A stretch of DNA of 64,000 nucleotides from Barthelona sp. PCE (lineage: Eukaryota), in assembly GCA_040285745.1 (NCBI GenBank), contig JAUFOR010000004.1:806001-870000 (forward strand), given 5' to 3'. The position numbers were made by a program, and so were the translations under genes. Below, one piece after another: positions 1 through 12,700 of this stretch (within the stretch, counting starts at the first letter, position 1; every line of letters starts with the position of its first letter). Below the pieces are notes generated by a model. It worked only from the letters and a program-made list of their open reading frames with translations. It ran no database searches and was not told the origin of the DNA.

Positions 1-856
1 ATTCTCTTAAATCTAAACTATTATATAATGTAGAGATAGCCATACGAACAAAATTGGGACAAATTCTAAATAATGTATCCGTGTTTAACACCATTTGTTC
101 CAATAGCTTCAGCAAATGCCTGTTTTTGCAATAGAAACGAATATAAATTAAATAAAAAGACAGTCCTGTGTAAAAAAGAGTTTGAATGCATACATTCATA
201 CATTCAATCATACCACCACATTTCATGATGAAAGACACACATGCAATTGCCTTGCCTCTTTGCGGTAAACAAGGATACTGTTGTTCAATACGAACTAAAT
301 TGAAAAACTCTAATGCCAGATTGAGGAATCTGTCATCTTCATCTCTATTAGGAGTTTCATCGAGTGTAAACCCACGTGTAGGGTACACTTGATTGATCTC
401 TTCTTCTTCTATACCTTCACCAATCGCACAAAAACAAAAAGGTTGCTCACTATCTTCAAATATTGATCGAAAAATCTGCACTTCATCTCCAAAAAAGCGA
501 TACCGCAGGACAACAAATTGTGTTAATAAGGCTAAATTCTTGGCCAATTCAAGATTGCCAGCAATGAAAGTAACTTTGTTTCCAACAACATTTTGTTCAA
601 TTCCTGTTATCTGTGAACGATAACGCTGTAATACATGGTACATTTGAGTAAGAATGACGACAAAATCATCTTTTGAAGGTATTTGATCCTCATAAACAAA
701 GCAAAACTGTGATAGAACCTCATCAGAAGGTAAGTGACATATATTTTCCAACACTCCTTTAATAGTTGGACAATTTCCGTACAAACTAGATCGATCGACA
801 CATAATTGGACTGGTCTTGAATTATCTTCTTCTGAAATCATGTTCAAGCCTTCCAT
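1..856 (-). CDS. Hypothetical protein, 3'-truncated by the window edge (MEGLNMISEEDNSRPVQLCVD...)
   Basis: I translated it by hand. The frame is open from ATG 856 to base 1 (285 codons) and is absent from the ORF track because no stop falls in the window. An upstream TTAACCCTTTTC motif lies at 895-906. Confidence 0.75.
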   Translation of the reverse strand, partial: MEGLNMISEEDNSRPVQLCVDRSSLYGNCPTIKGVLENICHLPSDEVLSQFCFVYEDQIPSKDDFVVILTQMYHVLQRYRSQITGIEQNVVGNKVTFIAGNLELAKNLALLTQFVVLRYRFFGDEVQIFRSIFEDSEQPFCFCAIGEGIEEEEINQVYPTRGFTLDETPNRDEDDRFLNLALEFFNLVRIEQQYPCLPQRGKAIACVSFIMKCGGMIECMNVCIQTLFYTGLSFYLIYIRFYCKNRHLLKLLEQMVLNTDTLFRICPNFVRMAISTLYNSLDLRE

Positions 857-1242
857 TGGTGTTTAATTTGTCATTATGCCCATCTTTCGCAATAGAAAAG
901 GGTTAAATAGGTGAATTCAAAATACTATTGTATTACAAGTTTAACAGGAAATAAAAAGTGAACCCAGCACCGCCTCACACTGCTTATCACAGAGAAACGT
1001 TGCTTTTTAGTAAATAGGATATGAGAGATAAATTGCCTGATTGTAATTATTCAAGTATATTACTTAACAAATTCATCAGTGGATCTTGTTTATTCACTAT
1101 TTAGGATTGTTTGCATATTAGAATAAATGATATTAAGATGTTTTTGAATATTTATTTATGACCTATCACCAAGAATCATACGCATATATATACACACCGT
1201 GTTTAACACACCCCTATATCTCGAAAAGTCGAAAAGTTTCAC

Positions 1243-2733
1243 TTAGCTGAGCATTTCTTCCAATGCCTTGAAAGATTCCTGCATGTTAAATTCAGAAGGT
1301 TGTGTGGATTCAGATTTTTTGATTGGACTCTTCCTCTTAACAGTTTGTGGTTTAGCTGCCTTTTGCTTTGGAAAAGACAGATATTTAGTCATGTTTTGAA
1401 TCGTTGTATGTTGCAAATCTTGCTTAGTGTGATGTCGCATTTTTTCCATAATTCTTATTGTTTCTCTTTGCTTTCTTTTCTGCTTCTGCTTCTTACCTAC
1501 ACTTTCAAGATAACTCATTGCTTGTATTGTATCTTGATGATTATCATTAGCAGAATAACTTTCAATACTGTTATTTTTTAAATTTTTAATGCTACTTTGA
1601 GTTGGTAACATATATCTGTGAACTTTGAACGGAGATTTTTTTTTTTTCATAGATAAAGTGTGTTTATCATGTTCATATTCTTCGCAATTAACTTCAGAAC
1701 TATTATTACATCTGCTATCGCTATCAATTGACTTAATCTCTTCATCTTTATCTACTATATCATTTGGTGATTGAAAAGCATTTTCCACCTTACTGGCAGA
1801 TTTAAATGGTGTGATTTTAATACTTTTTTCAGTTTCTGTATCCATTGGAGTTTCAATTTTTTCAAAATTTTTATCTTGAACTGGGGTAATTGGTGAAGAA
1901 TTTTCTAAAGGACTTGGCTCAACGATATTTGATACTGTTGTAGGACTAAAAAATTTGTGTTTATCAACAATTTTGGAATCTTTTAAAGGGATCTCAATAC
2001 TTTCTTTTTTTGTTCTCGTCAATTCAGTTTTCCGCAACACTTTTCTTTCATTAATAAGTACTTCAGCGCTCTTTAGATCCAATAAGAACCTCAATCTATT
2101 CTCCTTCAAAAAATTGAACTTCTTCCTCACTTCATGCATTCTCTTTTGTATTTCATTAACTTTAGAAAGTGAATCACTGATCACTATCTCATAATTTGAT
2201 ATACTTTTTTGTTCTTCCAATTCTTCCTGAGTCTCAAAATCTGTTTTTTGAATACAAACATTACGAGTGGAAAATGGTGTTTGTTCAACAACATCTAATT
2301 GAGGTGTTGATAGTGTTTCATTGGAGAAATCCTCAATTTTATCATCATGAAAACTGAAAACTTTGGTATTATTAAAAGGAGATTCTCGAGTTACTAATAA
2401 AGATCGTGGATGTGGTGTTTTAAGCTCCAAATCCTCAACATGTGAACTAACGTGCTGTCTCCCGTGCTCAGGCGCTTCTTCAATTACTTTATCATCTGAA
2501 TATTCGCTATCAGGCGAGAAGAAATTTTGCTCTGCAATGTCTTCCAGTCTAGGCTTAATTTCATCTGGGGAAGGTAACTGTGTGGTACGCGTTTCACCCA
2601 GTCGTGCCTTTGAAATAGGAGATGCACTTGTGAGTTCTTTTGTAACAATTGTTCGAGTTTGAAACAGGAGCACCAGTAAAAATACAATGATTCCGAGTAG
2701 AATCGAGAAAGTGATGGCAACTAGAAAACCCAT
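1243..2733 (-). CDS. Hypothetical protein with an N-terminal membrane anchor and a low-complexity/coiled-coil body
   Basis: 496-aa ORF. Residues 3-24 are hydrophobic (FLVAITFSILLGIIVFLLVLLF) and the remainder is S/E/K-rich. Confidence 0.75.
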   Translation of the reverse strand: MGFLVAITFSILLGIIVFLLVLLFQTRTIVTKELTSASPISKARLGETRTTQLPSPDEIKPRLEDIAEQNFFSPDSEYSDDKVIEEAPEHGRQHVSSHVEDLELKTPHPRSLLVTRESPFNNTKVFSFHDDKIEDFSNETLSTPQLDVVEQTPFSTRNVCIQKTDFETQEELEEQKSISNYEIVISDSLSKVNEIQKRMHEVRKKFNFLKENRLRFLLDLKSAEVLINERKVLRKTELTRTKKESIEIPLKDSKIVDKHKFFSPTTVSNIVEPSPLENSSPITPVQDKNFEKIETPMDTETEKSIKITPFKSASKVENAFQSPNDIVDKDEEIKSIDSDSRCNNSSEVNCEEYEHDKHTLSMKKKKSPFKVHRYMLPTQSSIKNLKNNSIESYSANDNHQDTIQAMSYLESVGKKQKQKRKQRETIRIMEKMRHHTKQDLQHTTIQNMTKYLSFPKQKAAKPQTVKRKSPIKKSESTQPSEFNMQESFKALEEMLS

Positions 2734-2786
2734 TATTCCATTACAAGAAAAAGAAAGGTGAAATTTTGTAAAACGACACTGTATTT

Positions 2787-4528
2787 TTATTCTAAGTCGA
2801 TAAAATAACCATCTGTTATAGTAGACCCGTTACTTTCGAGGAGAACCTCCTTTTCTGTGTGAATAGTTTCAATAGAACCATCAAACAAAGTAAATGGCGA
2901 AGAAAATGTTACTTCAACAGGGAATAATTCTTCTTCAGTGCTGAAATCGTTTGTGATGAAAACAAGGCTTAAATCGTCTTCATTATCAACTGTTGCAATA
3001 TCCCAAATCAAAAAGTATCCATCTTCGTTCTCTTCAACAAATACCGTTCCACAACTGATCTCATCCGTTGAAAATTGGAACCCGGGCTCAACCTTGATGT
3101 GGATTCTAACATTATGCAATGCTTTGAAACGAGATAAATCGACAACACCTTCCAAACTGACCAACATTCCCTTATTTGTCTTTGATGGCCATAATTCAAA
3201 CACAACTGGTGGTTCGATGTTATTCTTGAGTAAATCTGCATCATAACGAACCAATTTGGTTTCAATATCGAGTGGGAAATTGCGATTTGACTTGGAACGT
3301 AAGATACCTTCATTTTTGAATGATTTTGAATCAAGTTCCTTCTTACAGCGTACCGAAAACATTTCATCTGGCTTATTGGCTAAAGCAATATAGGCATCGT
3401 CATGCGTGAGTGCTTCATCTTGAATGTGTAATGAAATACCACCACTAATCTTGAACTTTTCAACTGATCCTGAGTGAATTTCGCATGAAAGCTTCTCTTC
3501 TAAAGTCAAAAATGAGGAGCGGATGCGTGATTGCTTTTCTTCTTGCTTAACTTCAGAAACATCCGTAACATCTGTCATTTCCGTCATTTCATCAGGTTCC
3601 ATGCTAATTTCAACACCCTGGTTGGCCAACTCAGATAAAAGTTTGGTGTTACGCTTGTTAGTCGTCCCCTTTGTTCTCTTAAGTACAAGACCACGTTTAG
3701 GGTTGCGGTTAATGACAACAGGTGCCATACCCTCCTCAGACTTTGATACTAAGCTGTCATACTTGAGCTCAGTTCGTTGTTGACGATTGGGTCTTTCACT
3801 TTCAGTTTTATCTTTGGTTACACTTGCTTTAGTAATACCACCTGTTTTAAGGCTCTGAGAGCCGGATGTACTATCATTCTTCTTAACAGAGTTGCATGAT
3901 ATACCTCCCTGACTCTCGAAATAAGACGTATAAGCATTTTCAAACTGAGAGCCTTTTGCCATATCTTCCAAAATGGATTGCTTCATCTTTGTTTGGAAAT
4001 CTCTGTGTCTGCTTTGCATCGCCCGTTTGGTTTCGGATTCTCTCTGTAAGGTCTTCTGATGTTCCATCTCTGCTTGGTAGCTATACATTGTCAGAGCAGC
4101 TTTAACCTCCGCAAGAGGAATGTCGTTGAAGTAGCCCGTAGAGATGTATTCATCAATACCATGACATATTTTGACGCCCATTTCTGTAATGTTATCGGTT
4201 GAAACAACACGACAATAATCCCTAATGAAAGATGCAATGCTTTGAAGTGCATTATCTGCTTCGCTGTGGTTGAACTCCCTATCAGCAATTAACAAAACGT
4301 AAATATCATCCAAAGGACAATAAAAAATGCTGTAATTTTCCCCATAAACGACATTTGAAGAATTATTTGACTGCTTCAACAGCTTTGGAAACACTGTGAG
4401 CACCGTGCTGATCTGGAATTTAGGCTTGCGTAAAGTATTTCTTGACAAAATTACGTTTCCCGCCCTATTACTGAGAGCTAATGTGTATATCTAGGTGTTA
4501 GCTGTACCGATGTGAATTTTCATACCAT
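2787..4528 (-). CDS. ARCN1: Coatomer subunit delta (delta-COP), two exons: 4528-4526 and 4490-2787
   Basis: The spliced N-terminus MIYTLALSNRAGNVILSR matches the delta-COP longin start. Also YSIFYCPLDDIYVLLI, GIDEYISTGY, and a C-terminal mu-homology-like domain (EEKLSCEI...FPVEVTFSS). Confidence 0.9.
4491..4525 (-). other. Spliceosomal intron, 35 nt, immediately after the ATG of delta-COP
   Basis: GTATGAAAATTCACATCGGTACAGCTAACACCTAG. Removal places the ATG in frame with the 553-aa ORF and restores the conserved N-terminus. Confidence 0.9.
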
Positions 4529-4654
4529 TTTGAGCCTCAAAAAACAATAGAAGAAAGGGATAATAGCTAAAACAAGTCTTTGCATTAACAACTGCTTTAA
4601 CATTTTTTACCCAATTTCAAACGTTAATTCACGGCAGTAAGAGAATAGAATTCA

Positions 4655-5719
4655 ATGCAGCCCAACGTTTTTCACTTAGATATTAGTATTGATGATTTTC
4701 TAAATTTTTGTAATAGTTCTGTTGATAAAATTCCTGCTGTACAACACAACAACCAATTTGACAAGGTATTGGGCCTGATTAACTCTCGATGTTGGGCCCC
4801 AGCGCGTTTAGAGTTGAAGAAACTCCATCCAACCAATCCTTTTACATTCTATTTGTTATGTTTGTGTTGTTTTAAGTCCAGAAATTACTACGACCTGCAC
4901 AATCTTCTGGAAGAACGTAATCCTACTTTGGAGAATCTTGAAGAACAACCATTACCCCTGCTTGTAATTTATGTATTACATTTTTTCTTTATCAGAGAAC
5001 CTATTATAGCACTTCAGGAACTTTGTAAGTTGTTACATTACACACGAGTACAATTAAACATAGAGTTAAATGATTATCCTAACCAGAACTTTACTCCATT
5101 TTCTGATATGGAAAATTTTCATTGTACACCTCATTCACAGCAACACTTACAAACGTTTCTATGTATTTTACATATGTGTTTTTGTCACTTTTCGATTTTT
5201 TTAAATAACTTCATTAGTTTTGAACTACATATGAAATATTTGTATCAATTATGTTCGGAAGATAATGAATTTCTTGTTGAAATGGAATATTTTACTTTGC
5301 TAAAACTCGGAAATTATAAAAGAGCATATTCAATGTTCCAAACACAATTTACATCAATATCAAATCAGAAAAGAATTTTTTTTAGAGGTTTGTTAAGCCT
5401 TTTTTCCAATGATTATTCCAAGGCAAAATCAGATTTTGATAAGATAATTCGTTTAAACAATGATCCTCAATGGGTTTTCCTTTCTTCAATTAATATGAGT
5501 TTATGTCATATTTTAGAGGATGGGGATACTGAAAGTGCTATAACTTTGATGAAGCCGTATGTTAATGAACCGTACATGTTGAATGAAAGTTATATTCGAA
5601 TTTTTATTTTTTTGTTGAGAATGCATGAAAAATCAAGTGCTTTAGAGATATTTGAAACAATCATTTTCAAAACAAATGATGATCTTAAACATTATTTCAG
5701 AATTTACAAGAATCTTTAA
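4655..5719 (+). CDS. TPR-repeat protein, possibly TRAPPC12/TTC15-like
   Basis: 354 aa with TPR-like helices (LGNYKRAYSMF; RGLLSLFSNDYSKAKSDFDKII; INMSLCHILEDGDTESAITLM). The pattern W..A..L / P.PL.V / P..AL..L..LL recalls TRAPPC12. Confidence 0.5.
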   Translation: MQPNVFHLDISIDDFLNFCNSSVDKIPAVQHNNQFDKVLGLINSRCWAPARLELKKLHPTNPFTFYLLCLCCFKSRNYYDLHNLLEERNPTLENLEEQPLPLLVIYVLHFFFIREPIIALQELCKLLHYTRVQLNIELNDYPNQNFTPFSDMENFHCTPHSQQHLQTFLCILHMCFCHFSIFLNNFISFELHMKYLYQLCSEDNEFLVEMEYFTLLKLGNYKRAYSMFQTQFTSISNQKRIFFRGLLSLFSNDYSKAKSDFDKIIRLNNDPQWVFLSSINMSLCHILEDGDTESAITLMKPYVNEPYMLNESYIRIFIFLLRMHEKSSALEIFETIIFKTNDDLKHYFRIYKNL

Positions 5720-5729
5720 ACTTTTTTTC

Positions 5730-6427
5730 TCAGTTCGCACTCTCAGCAATTAGGTTTTTGATACAATTTAATACAATGATATCCTTAAACGTGATCCAAG
5801 CATCCTTATCATTAGGTAACTCTTTGATTAATGATACAAGGAACTCTTGTCCAATATTCTCATCTTTTCTAGACAAATGTGTGATTAAACCCAAAAATTC
5901 TTCTTTGGATAATGCTCCTGTAGCAGGATCTTTTGTAAATACAGTGAAAATTAATTCAAAAACGCTAATTAAATCGGTTGCTGCCAAACCCAAACATAAA
6001 ACAAGGAATTCAACATATAAAACCCTGTTGACATCTACAAAACCCGCATAAGCAGCGACATTTTCAATAGTTGCAATAGAAATATCGCAATTCTGTGCAC
6101 ATCTAAAAACTTGTTCCTGTGAAAGATAACCAGATTTTGACAAATCTAATTGTTCACACGCGTTTCTGAACTTGATCAACTGTTGAGGTGAAACGTCAGA
6201 TGGGAACTCTACAAAGGCGTCCTGATCCAAAGAAATGTTTGCAAGGCGTGACCAATAGCTGAATGTTAGCATCATATACTCGGTAAAAACGTGTCAACAA
6301 CATACTTACAGCAGAAACGAAGCAAATCGCTGGGTTGGTTTCGAATAACTTCCATACTGAACGATTTGATGATTTCAGGAAGCTCTGGAGGAACAGTGAT
6401 CTGCTCTGCAGAATATATTCTGTCCAT
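5730..6427 (-). CDS. RIIa dimerisation/docking-domain protein with degenerate EF-hands (ropporin/RSP7/RSP11-type radial spoke protein), two exons: 6427-6306 and 6258-5730
   Basis: Exon 1 IYSAEQITVPPELPEIIKSFSMEVIRNQPSDLLRFCC joined to NYWSRL forms an RIIa domain. Exon 2 has an EF-hand-like LDLSKSGYLSQEQV. Confidence 0.85.
6259..6305 (-). other. Spliceosomal intron, 47 nt, phase 2
   Basis: GTATGTTGTTGACACGTTTTTACCGAGTATATGATGCTAACATTCAG. It joins two separate ORF-track entries into one continuous RIIa domain. Confidence 0.9.
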
Positions 6428-6444
6428 TATTATGTGAAAGTGTT

Positions 6445-6456
6445 GAAAAGGGTTAA
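6445..6456 (-). promoter_or_regulatory. Candidate core-promoter/initiator motif TTAACCCTTTTC (representative copy)
   Basis: An identical 12-mer occurs at 895-906, and variants lie within about 40 nt upstream of many ATGs (see findings). Confidence 0.55.
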
Positions 6457-6771
6457 AAAAAGAACTGAGCAATTTTTTGGAAATCAATGATGCAGTATAT
6501 TTTGTTTGTCATATTTAAAGCGGTTTAAATCACTGTGTGACTCCGGTTCAGATCAATAAATTCCAATAGACCATAGCATATGAAGTGCCGGAAACCTTAC
6601 CTTTATGTATTATCGTTTGTACACTATTACATATAATAAACAAGAACCTCATTGTACTATATGGCTGGTCGAGGTGTTTTTAAATCCAGAACAAGCTATT
6701 CCAAGCTTCACAAATGATTTTGCTATTCACATCCTTTTCAGCGAATCATTCTTCATTAAGCTCGTTTGTTT

Positions 6772-9700
6772 ATGAGCGAATTCGAAGAACTGTTAGAACA
6801 AGACAATACACCCATTACAAATACTGAAACTCGTTTTAGTATGGTTTATTATATCTTTTTGCACTTTATCCGTGTTGTTATGGCACTTCTTCCATCCGGT
6901 GCCATATTTGTAATTGGAAAATATCCTTATAATGTTAACCAACACTATTGGACAGGTTTTATTATGTTATTTTCATTTTTTCCACCTTTTTTATTAACTT
7001 TATTTCACAAAGATAAGACAACATATGGTAATGTCAGGCGTAAGCTTGCCATTTTCATCTTAGTTTTACTGGTTTTAGTTCAAGGAGCTGCTTATTATCA
7101 ATACAATAAGAAAGAAGCTTTAGGTAGTTTTCAAGTAATTGATTTTAATATTTTCCTTATCATCAATGGTTATTTTATATGTTTACTACTGATATATATT
7201 ATTTTTCTTTCTTTTATCAAGAAGAAAATTTGTCCAGTTAAATTCTTTGACGAAGAACATGTCAAAAAGACCATTAACGAAGACGTTGAAGAAGATAAAT
7301 CGGGAAAATCGTTGAGATTTGCATTTTCTGATGCACCAATTCTGACAATATTTGTATTTTGTGCACTTATTTTCTGGATCGGAGAATGGTATTACAGATA
7401 TGCAATTTATGCAACTGCTGCGGCATTCTTTTTTGCTTTATTTCACATTAAAGAATCTGAAAATTTGGACGAAAATCAATATAATGAGTTTTACTCAGTG
7501 GGAAGATCTTTAGATTTTCCCACAAAACTTGCATTTTTATCATTATTGATAGCTGCCCTCTTATCTACAATCAAAACAAACTTTAGTGGTATTATCAGCG
7601 ATGAAGTGGATATGCTTCGGATTGGACGGGGAGTTGGTGTGTGGATTGGTGTATGTTATCTGTTATCTAGCTACACTAAGAGGCGCCGTACTAATTGGGT
7701 ACGTGTTGTTCTTAAATATTCAGTTGGAAAACTATCACGAACTTTATATTCTATTGTTTTCTTTACCTTTTTTATTTTCAATTCTTACATTCTTATGTAT
7801 CCATTGTTTATTTTAGGTATATTCTTAACAATAATTAAAGATAAAGTGCATCTAAAAATCACTAAATTACTCTTAGGTGTCATGATATTTGCTGCTGCCT
7901 TCATTAACACTTCAAAAAGCATAGATTCAAAGTATTCTGAACCTGCAATTAGTCTGTTAGAGAATGATAAATTGTTAATTACTTTAATTTCCTTCATTTG
8001 CATAGTTTTTTCATTTTTCTTACTTTGTGAACGTAAACAACTTCAAAAATCTACTTCTACTGAACCTACAAAAATCAATTCACTGATATTATATTTGGTG
8101 CGAAATAATCTTGCAATGACTTTTGGTTCATTTCATTTCATCGTTATGGTTGTTGTATATGTATTCTCTATGCTACAAATGACTTTCATCACGTACTTTT
8201 ATCTGATTGTATTGGTGATATTCTGCATCAAACCTTCGCTGGCACGCGAACACTTTGGCGTTTTCTTGCTCATTTTTTCAGTAAGTGTTTGTGCTATGTT
8301 CCCATTCATGTCATACACACGTTTTGATAGACTAGAAAAATTCTGCCAAATGGAAGATGATTTCTGTGGTAATATTGGTTTATATGTCGAGTATAAATCT
8401 GATGATATCCCTCTTGTCAAGCCAATCTTTTGGATTGTCATCAACATGGGTATGTGTATATATGGTGTCATTCAAAGAGAAAGCAACGGCTGGGCTAAAG
8501 TTTTGGGTAATATGGAGTTTGATATTATGAAACATCCAACTTTCATTACCTTTATGACTCATTTCATGAAGATCATTGAACGATTAAAGGGAATAGGACA
8601 CAGATTATTTGAAACACTCTTTATGTCATCATTGATGATCAGTGGTTTCGGTTTCCCAACATCATTAATTAATGGTGTTTATCTATTACTATTAGTACTC
8701 AATCTACCATATTATCGTGCAATGATGCGTAAGGAAACAACAAAACAAAAGAATGGACTCAAGGTTTTTACTTGGATTTTTGCATTTATCGTTCCTATTG
8801 CACGTTTCCTTGTTCAAATCCCGTTAATAGGATATACTCTAATTGATTGGTCACGTAAATTTGAGGCAATTAATCTTCGTGACATTGGCCTCATTGTGTA
8901 CGATTCAAATGATCGAATCATTGGTTTACTTCCCACACTAGTCACATTTCTTTTAAGTTCTTACAGATTCAGATTCAAGCATGTTGATGAAAACAGTCTT
9001 CTTTCAGTTGAAGCAGATCATGAAAGTCTTGAAATCAGTGTTGATGAAAGTGAACAAGAAGAAAATGAAGAGAAATGGTATGATGCTGTTCTTTCTTTCT
9101 GGAACGTTTGTTGGGATATGATTAAGAAAGGTAGTATGTTTGTATGGAAGATGATAGTTGTTGTGTTGGGACCATCATTATATATAGCCGTGGCATACTT
9201 CCTATCAAAAGATTTAGTTTGGTGGGGTAAGAGCTCATACCTGGACCTAACAGCAATGACAATTTTGTGTCTATTCCAGTTGAGCAGTGACCCAATTAAG
9301 CGCCGAAAGTTTTCATATTTGGTGTTCTTATTGCTTGTTGTTCAAATATTATGCGATTATGTATTTCAAATGAGATTCCTTGAACTTGACCAATTCATTT
9401 GGTTGAGTGATATACTTAAGTACGGAGTTGGTTGTCGTCTAATCGACCGCTCTTGGGAAAATTCATATTTCTATGTTTTTTCATCAACTATTCGTTACAG
9501 AGGTTGGTTGGTTATTATCAGTCTTGCAGGATACTTGCTAAGCTTTGAGCGCTTCAACACGGTGCTTGTTATCAACATGAAGGCTGTTGCTTCATGGAAA
9601 GACAATATTAAACACATATTCAGTTTATTGATGCCTTGTTATGGTAGTGATATTGTTGTATGTGCTTCGTTGCTATTGGCATTCTACAACCGTTCGTTGC

Positions 9701-12700
9701 TGGGAATTGTTATTGTTCTTGTGGTCAGTCCTTATATTTTATTTGGTGACCGAAAGAAGTTAACAAGAAATTGGCGCAAAATGTGTTCATTACTTTGTGT
9801 TATCCTTATTTTTGAAATGGCAATCGTCACAATCAGTATTGAGAAATGGTTCTTTAATTCTGCTATTGGTGGTTTCCTCATTAAATACTTCAATCTTGAT
9901 TCGGCTGTAACACGTGACTACGTTTTTGATTTTGCAATGTTTACTATCTTCTGTTGGGTCCTTAACTCACTATCTTTCAAGAAGGTGCTCATGTCGAACA
10001 CCGACGGTAACACCAAGATCGAAAACATTGATGATACACAACACAAGAAATTGACCAATCACGGTTGTTCTGAAGCTTTCTTACGTGTTTATGGTATTGA
10101 TAGCGATGATAGCATTGTTGCGTATGAGTATGACAGTGACATAATCCCTGAATTTTTTACTTACAGAGAGATACCGATGAAGAACAAAAAGTCAGTACGA
10201 ATTATAACTGGTTTCCTCATCAATTCCATACTCGTGTGTGTTTTCGTTTTAGGAACATTCAGACATTCGTTCATTGCCCTGGTTTATGTTTGTCTTTCTC
10301 TTGTTTGTTTCCTTCAAAATCAAACGCAAAAAATTTGGAAATGGTTGCGTATTTCTAATTTCGCTGCAATCTTTTTGATTTATTTCCGTCAATATCTTTC
10401 TTTTGACAACGCATGGTTGGACATCATTGGTATGCGTAAGATGTCAATCTATGATCTGTCAACCATCACGGATGGATACACTGGAGTTTTCTTAGATGTT
10501 CTCATGTTTGCACTCTTAACAATCCAACATAGAGTTGTCGTCAGTCAACACATGGCTGCCACGCAGGAGTTCCACGAGAACGAAATGACGTTGGCCAGAG
10601 AACGCGGAAATAAGTATATTTCTGGTCTTTTACATGATCATCAACTCCGTCAAAACAATGAAGTTTTACGTAACAACGCTCAAAAAGAGCGCCTGGATCG
10701 AGTTGCTTTACAGATGGAGAAGCTGCAGACGAAGCTATCGATCAAGGAAGAGCATCACTCTGAAACCGAGTCTGAACATGAAGAAAATGTTGAGCATGTG
10801 TCTACGGAGGTTGTTAAGGCGTTTGACCCATTGAGTCCGTTCAATCTTGATGTCAATGATGACGATGAAGAAATGTCTTTCAAAGAGCGCATTTTGTCAT
10901 TCATTACCATAAGACTTCTCAAGATTATTCATGTCACCGAGGGTGAAACCCTAAAGGAGGCATTCTACCGCACTTTATTCCAGATGACCGACGTTTTCTG
11001 TTATATTGTTATTGGTTTCTTCCTCTTCTTCCGTGGTTCTTTAATGAATGCCATCATTCCCTTCTTTACTTTCATGTATGCTGTTTTCCAACGTCCCAAG
11101 GTCTCACCCAAGTTCTGGAAGTTCGTCATGATCACATTATTCGTGTATATCGTTGCACACTACATTATTCAGTTCCCGTTCATTTGTGTGTGTAGAATTC
11201 ATCATTCTCAAGGCATCGGACTGGAGTATAGGATGGGACTTGACACGTGTACCACATGTATTCAATCAACTGCTGGTGTCTCACTAATTCACCAGTTCCC
11301 ATATATGCTGGGTTTGACAAAATTCAACGATGCGTTCTGGAAACTCGTATGGCCTGAAATGGCAACGCTCTTCATGGTAATTTTCCATCGTACCATCGCA
11401 TTACGTTACGGTGTGTGGGATACAACCGACAGCGCTCACTACTTTGAACATAGCATTGATGTTGAGGAAATAGAAAAAACAGCAGACGATGAAGAAACGA
11501 ACCCCAATACATTCATCATTTGGTGTAAGAAGTTGTGGGTGAACATTAAGACTATGTTCACTTATAAACCTTCGTGTTTCCAAGGTGTTGATCTTTACAT
11601 TCCGATGTTTATCATTGATTTCCTTACGCTTTTAGTTCTACCATTCGCTGTCACATCAAAGAAGTCTTTGGAAGGTGTTTCAAGCAGTTTCCTACCTGGT
11701 ACATTTGTTGTATCCCTGCTTGTGTTCTTCCTTATGATTATGGTTGATAGAGTGCTATATTTCAGACAATCTAACAAGTGGAAGCGTCAGTATCTAACTG
11801 GATCTGTCCTATTAGGCATTCTTTTATGTGTTGTTCTTGGTCCTCGTGCTGCTAATATTCTACCGAATGAATCACTGTCTTTGAGATTTGTGCTTTTGCT
11901 TCGATGCATACATGCACTCATTTCAGGTTTTCAGCTCAAATATGGTTTCCCCAGTTATACAAAGGGTAACTTTGTAATGAGGAACAATGATGGAGTTCAC
12001 AATATATTACACACCGCATTCACAAGTGTTCCATTTGTTTATGAATTGCGTGTCATCCTTGATTGGACATTCAGCGACACAGTTCTTGATTTCTTTGAAG
12101 AACTGAAATTCCAGGACATTTTCCACACCATTTTCAAACGAGAATGTGCTGTGGAGAAATTGAAACAGAACCCCGAGATTAAGAACGAGAAGCAAAAGAT
12201 TCTCACAAAAATCCTTTTTGGTGGAACACTTCTTTTACTCGTTATACTACTTCTATTTGGACCATTGTTTGCTTTCTCAAGTATAAACCCGACTAGTCGA
12301 CTCAACCCAATTACTGGACTTTCTATGTCAATAAGTATTAACAACTACTATCCTATATATGCAAACTCTCGAGCTGCAGAAGTTACACCAGTAACCTTTG
12401 AAGAATTACAAGCACAAGTCCGGAAAAATTCGTTCTTAGCCGCTGCAGAACCACGTGACGTTTTTAAGATAAAAATGTTTAAGGACAGTGAGAAGGTTTG
12501 GGCTATTACACCTCCTAACCGTGAAGCCCTAGTTGAATCTCTGAACAATTCAAAAATTGACGGTGATAATGTTGTATGGGTGACATATACATTCGAAAGA
12601 GAGTTTCCTGATGATCATAAATCCGTAGTTACATCTGTTCCTCAGCCTCTTAATGTCCAGCAGTCTAAAAGATTTGCTGAATGTATTGAGATAGGCAGAT

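Noticed and set aside
989-1003. ACAGAGAA resembling the U6 ACAGAGA box
   Set aside because: No AGC triad or internal stem-loop follows.
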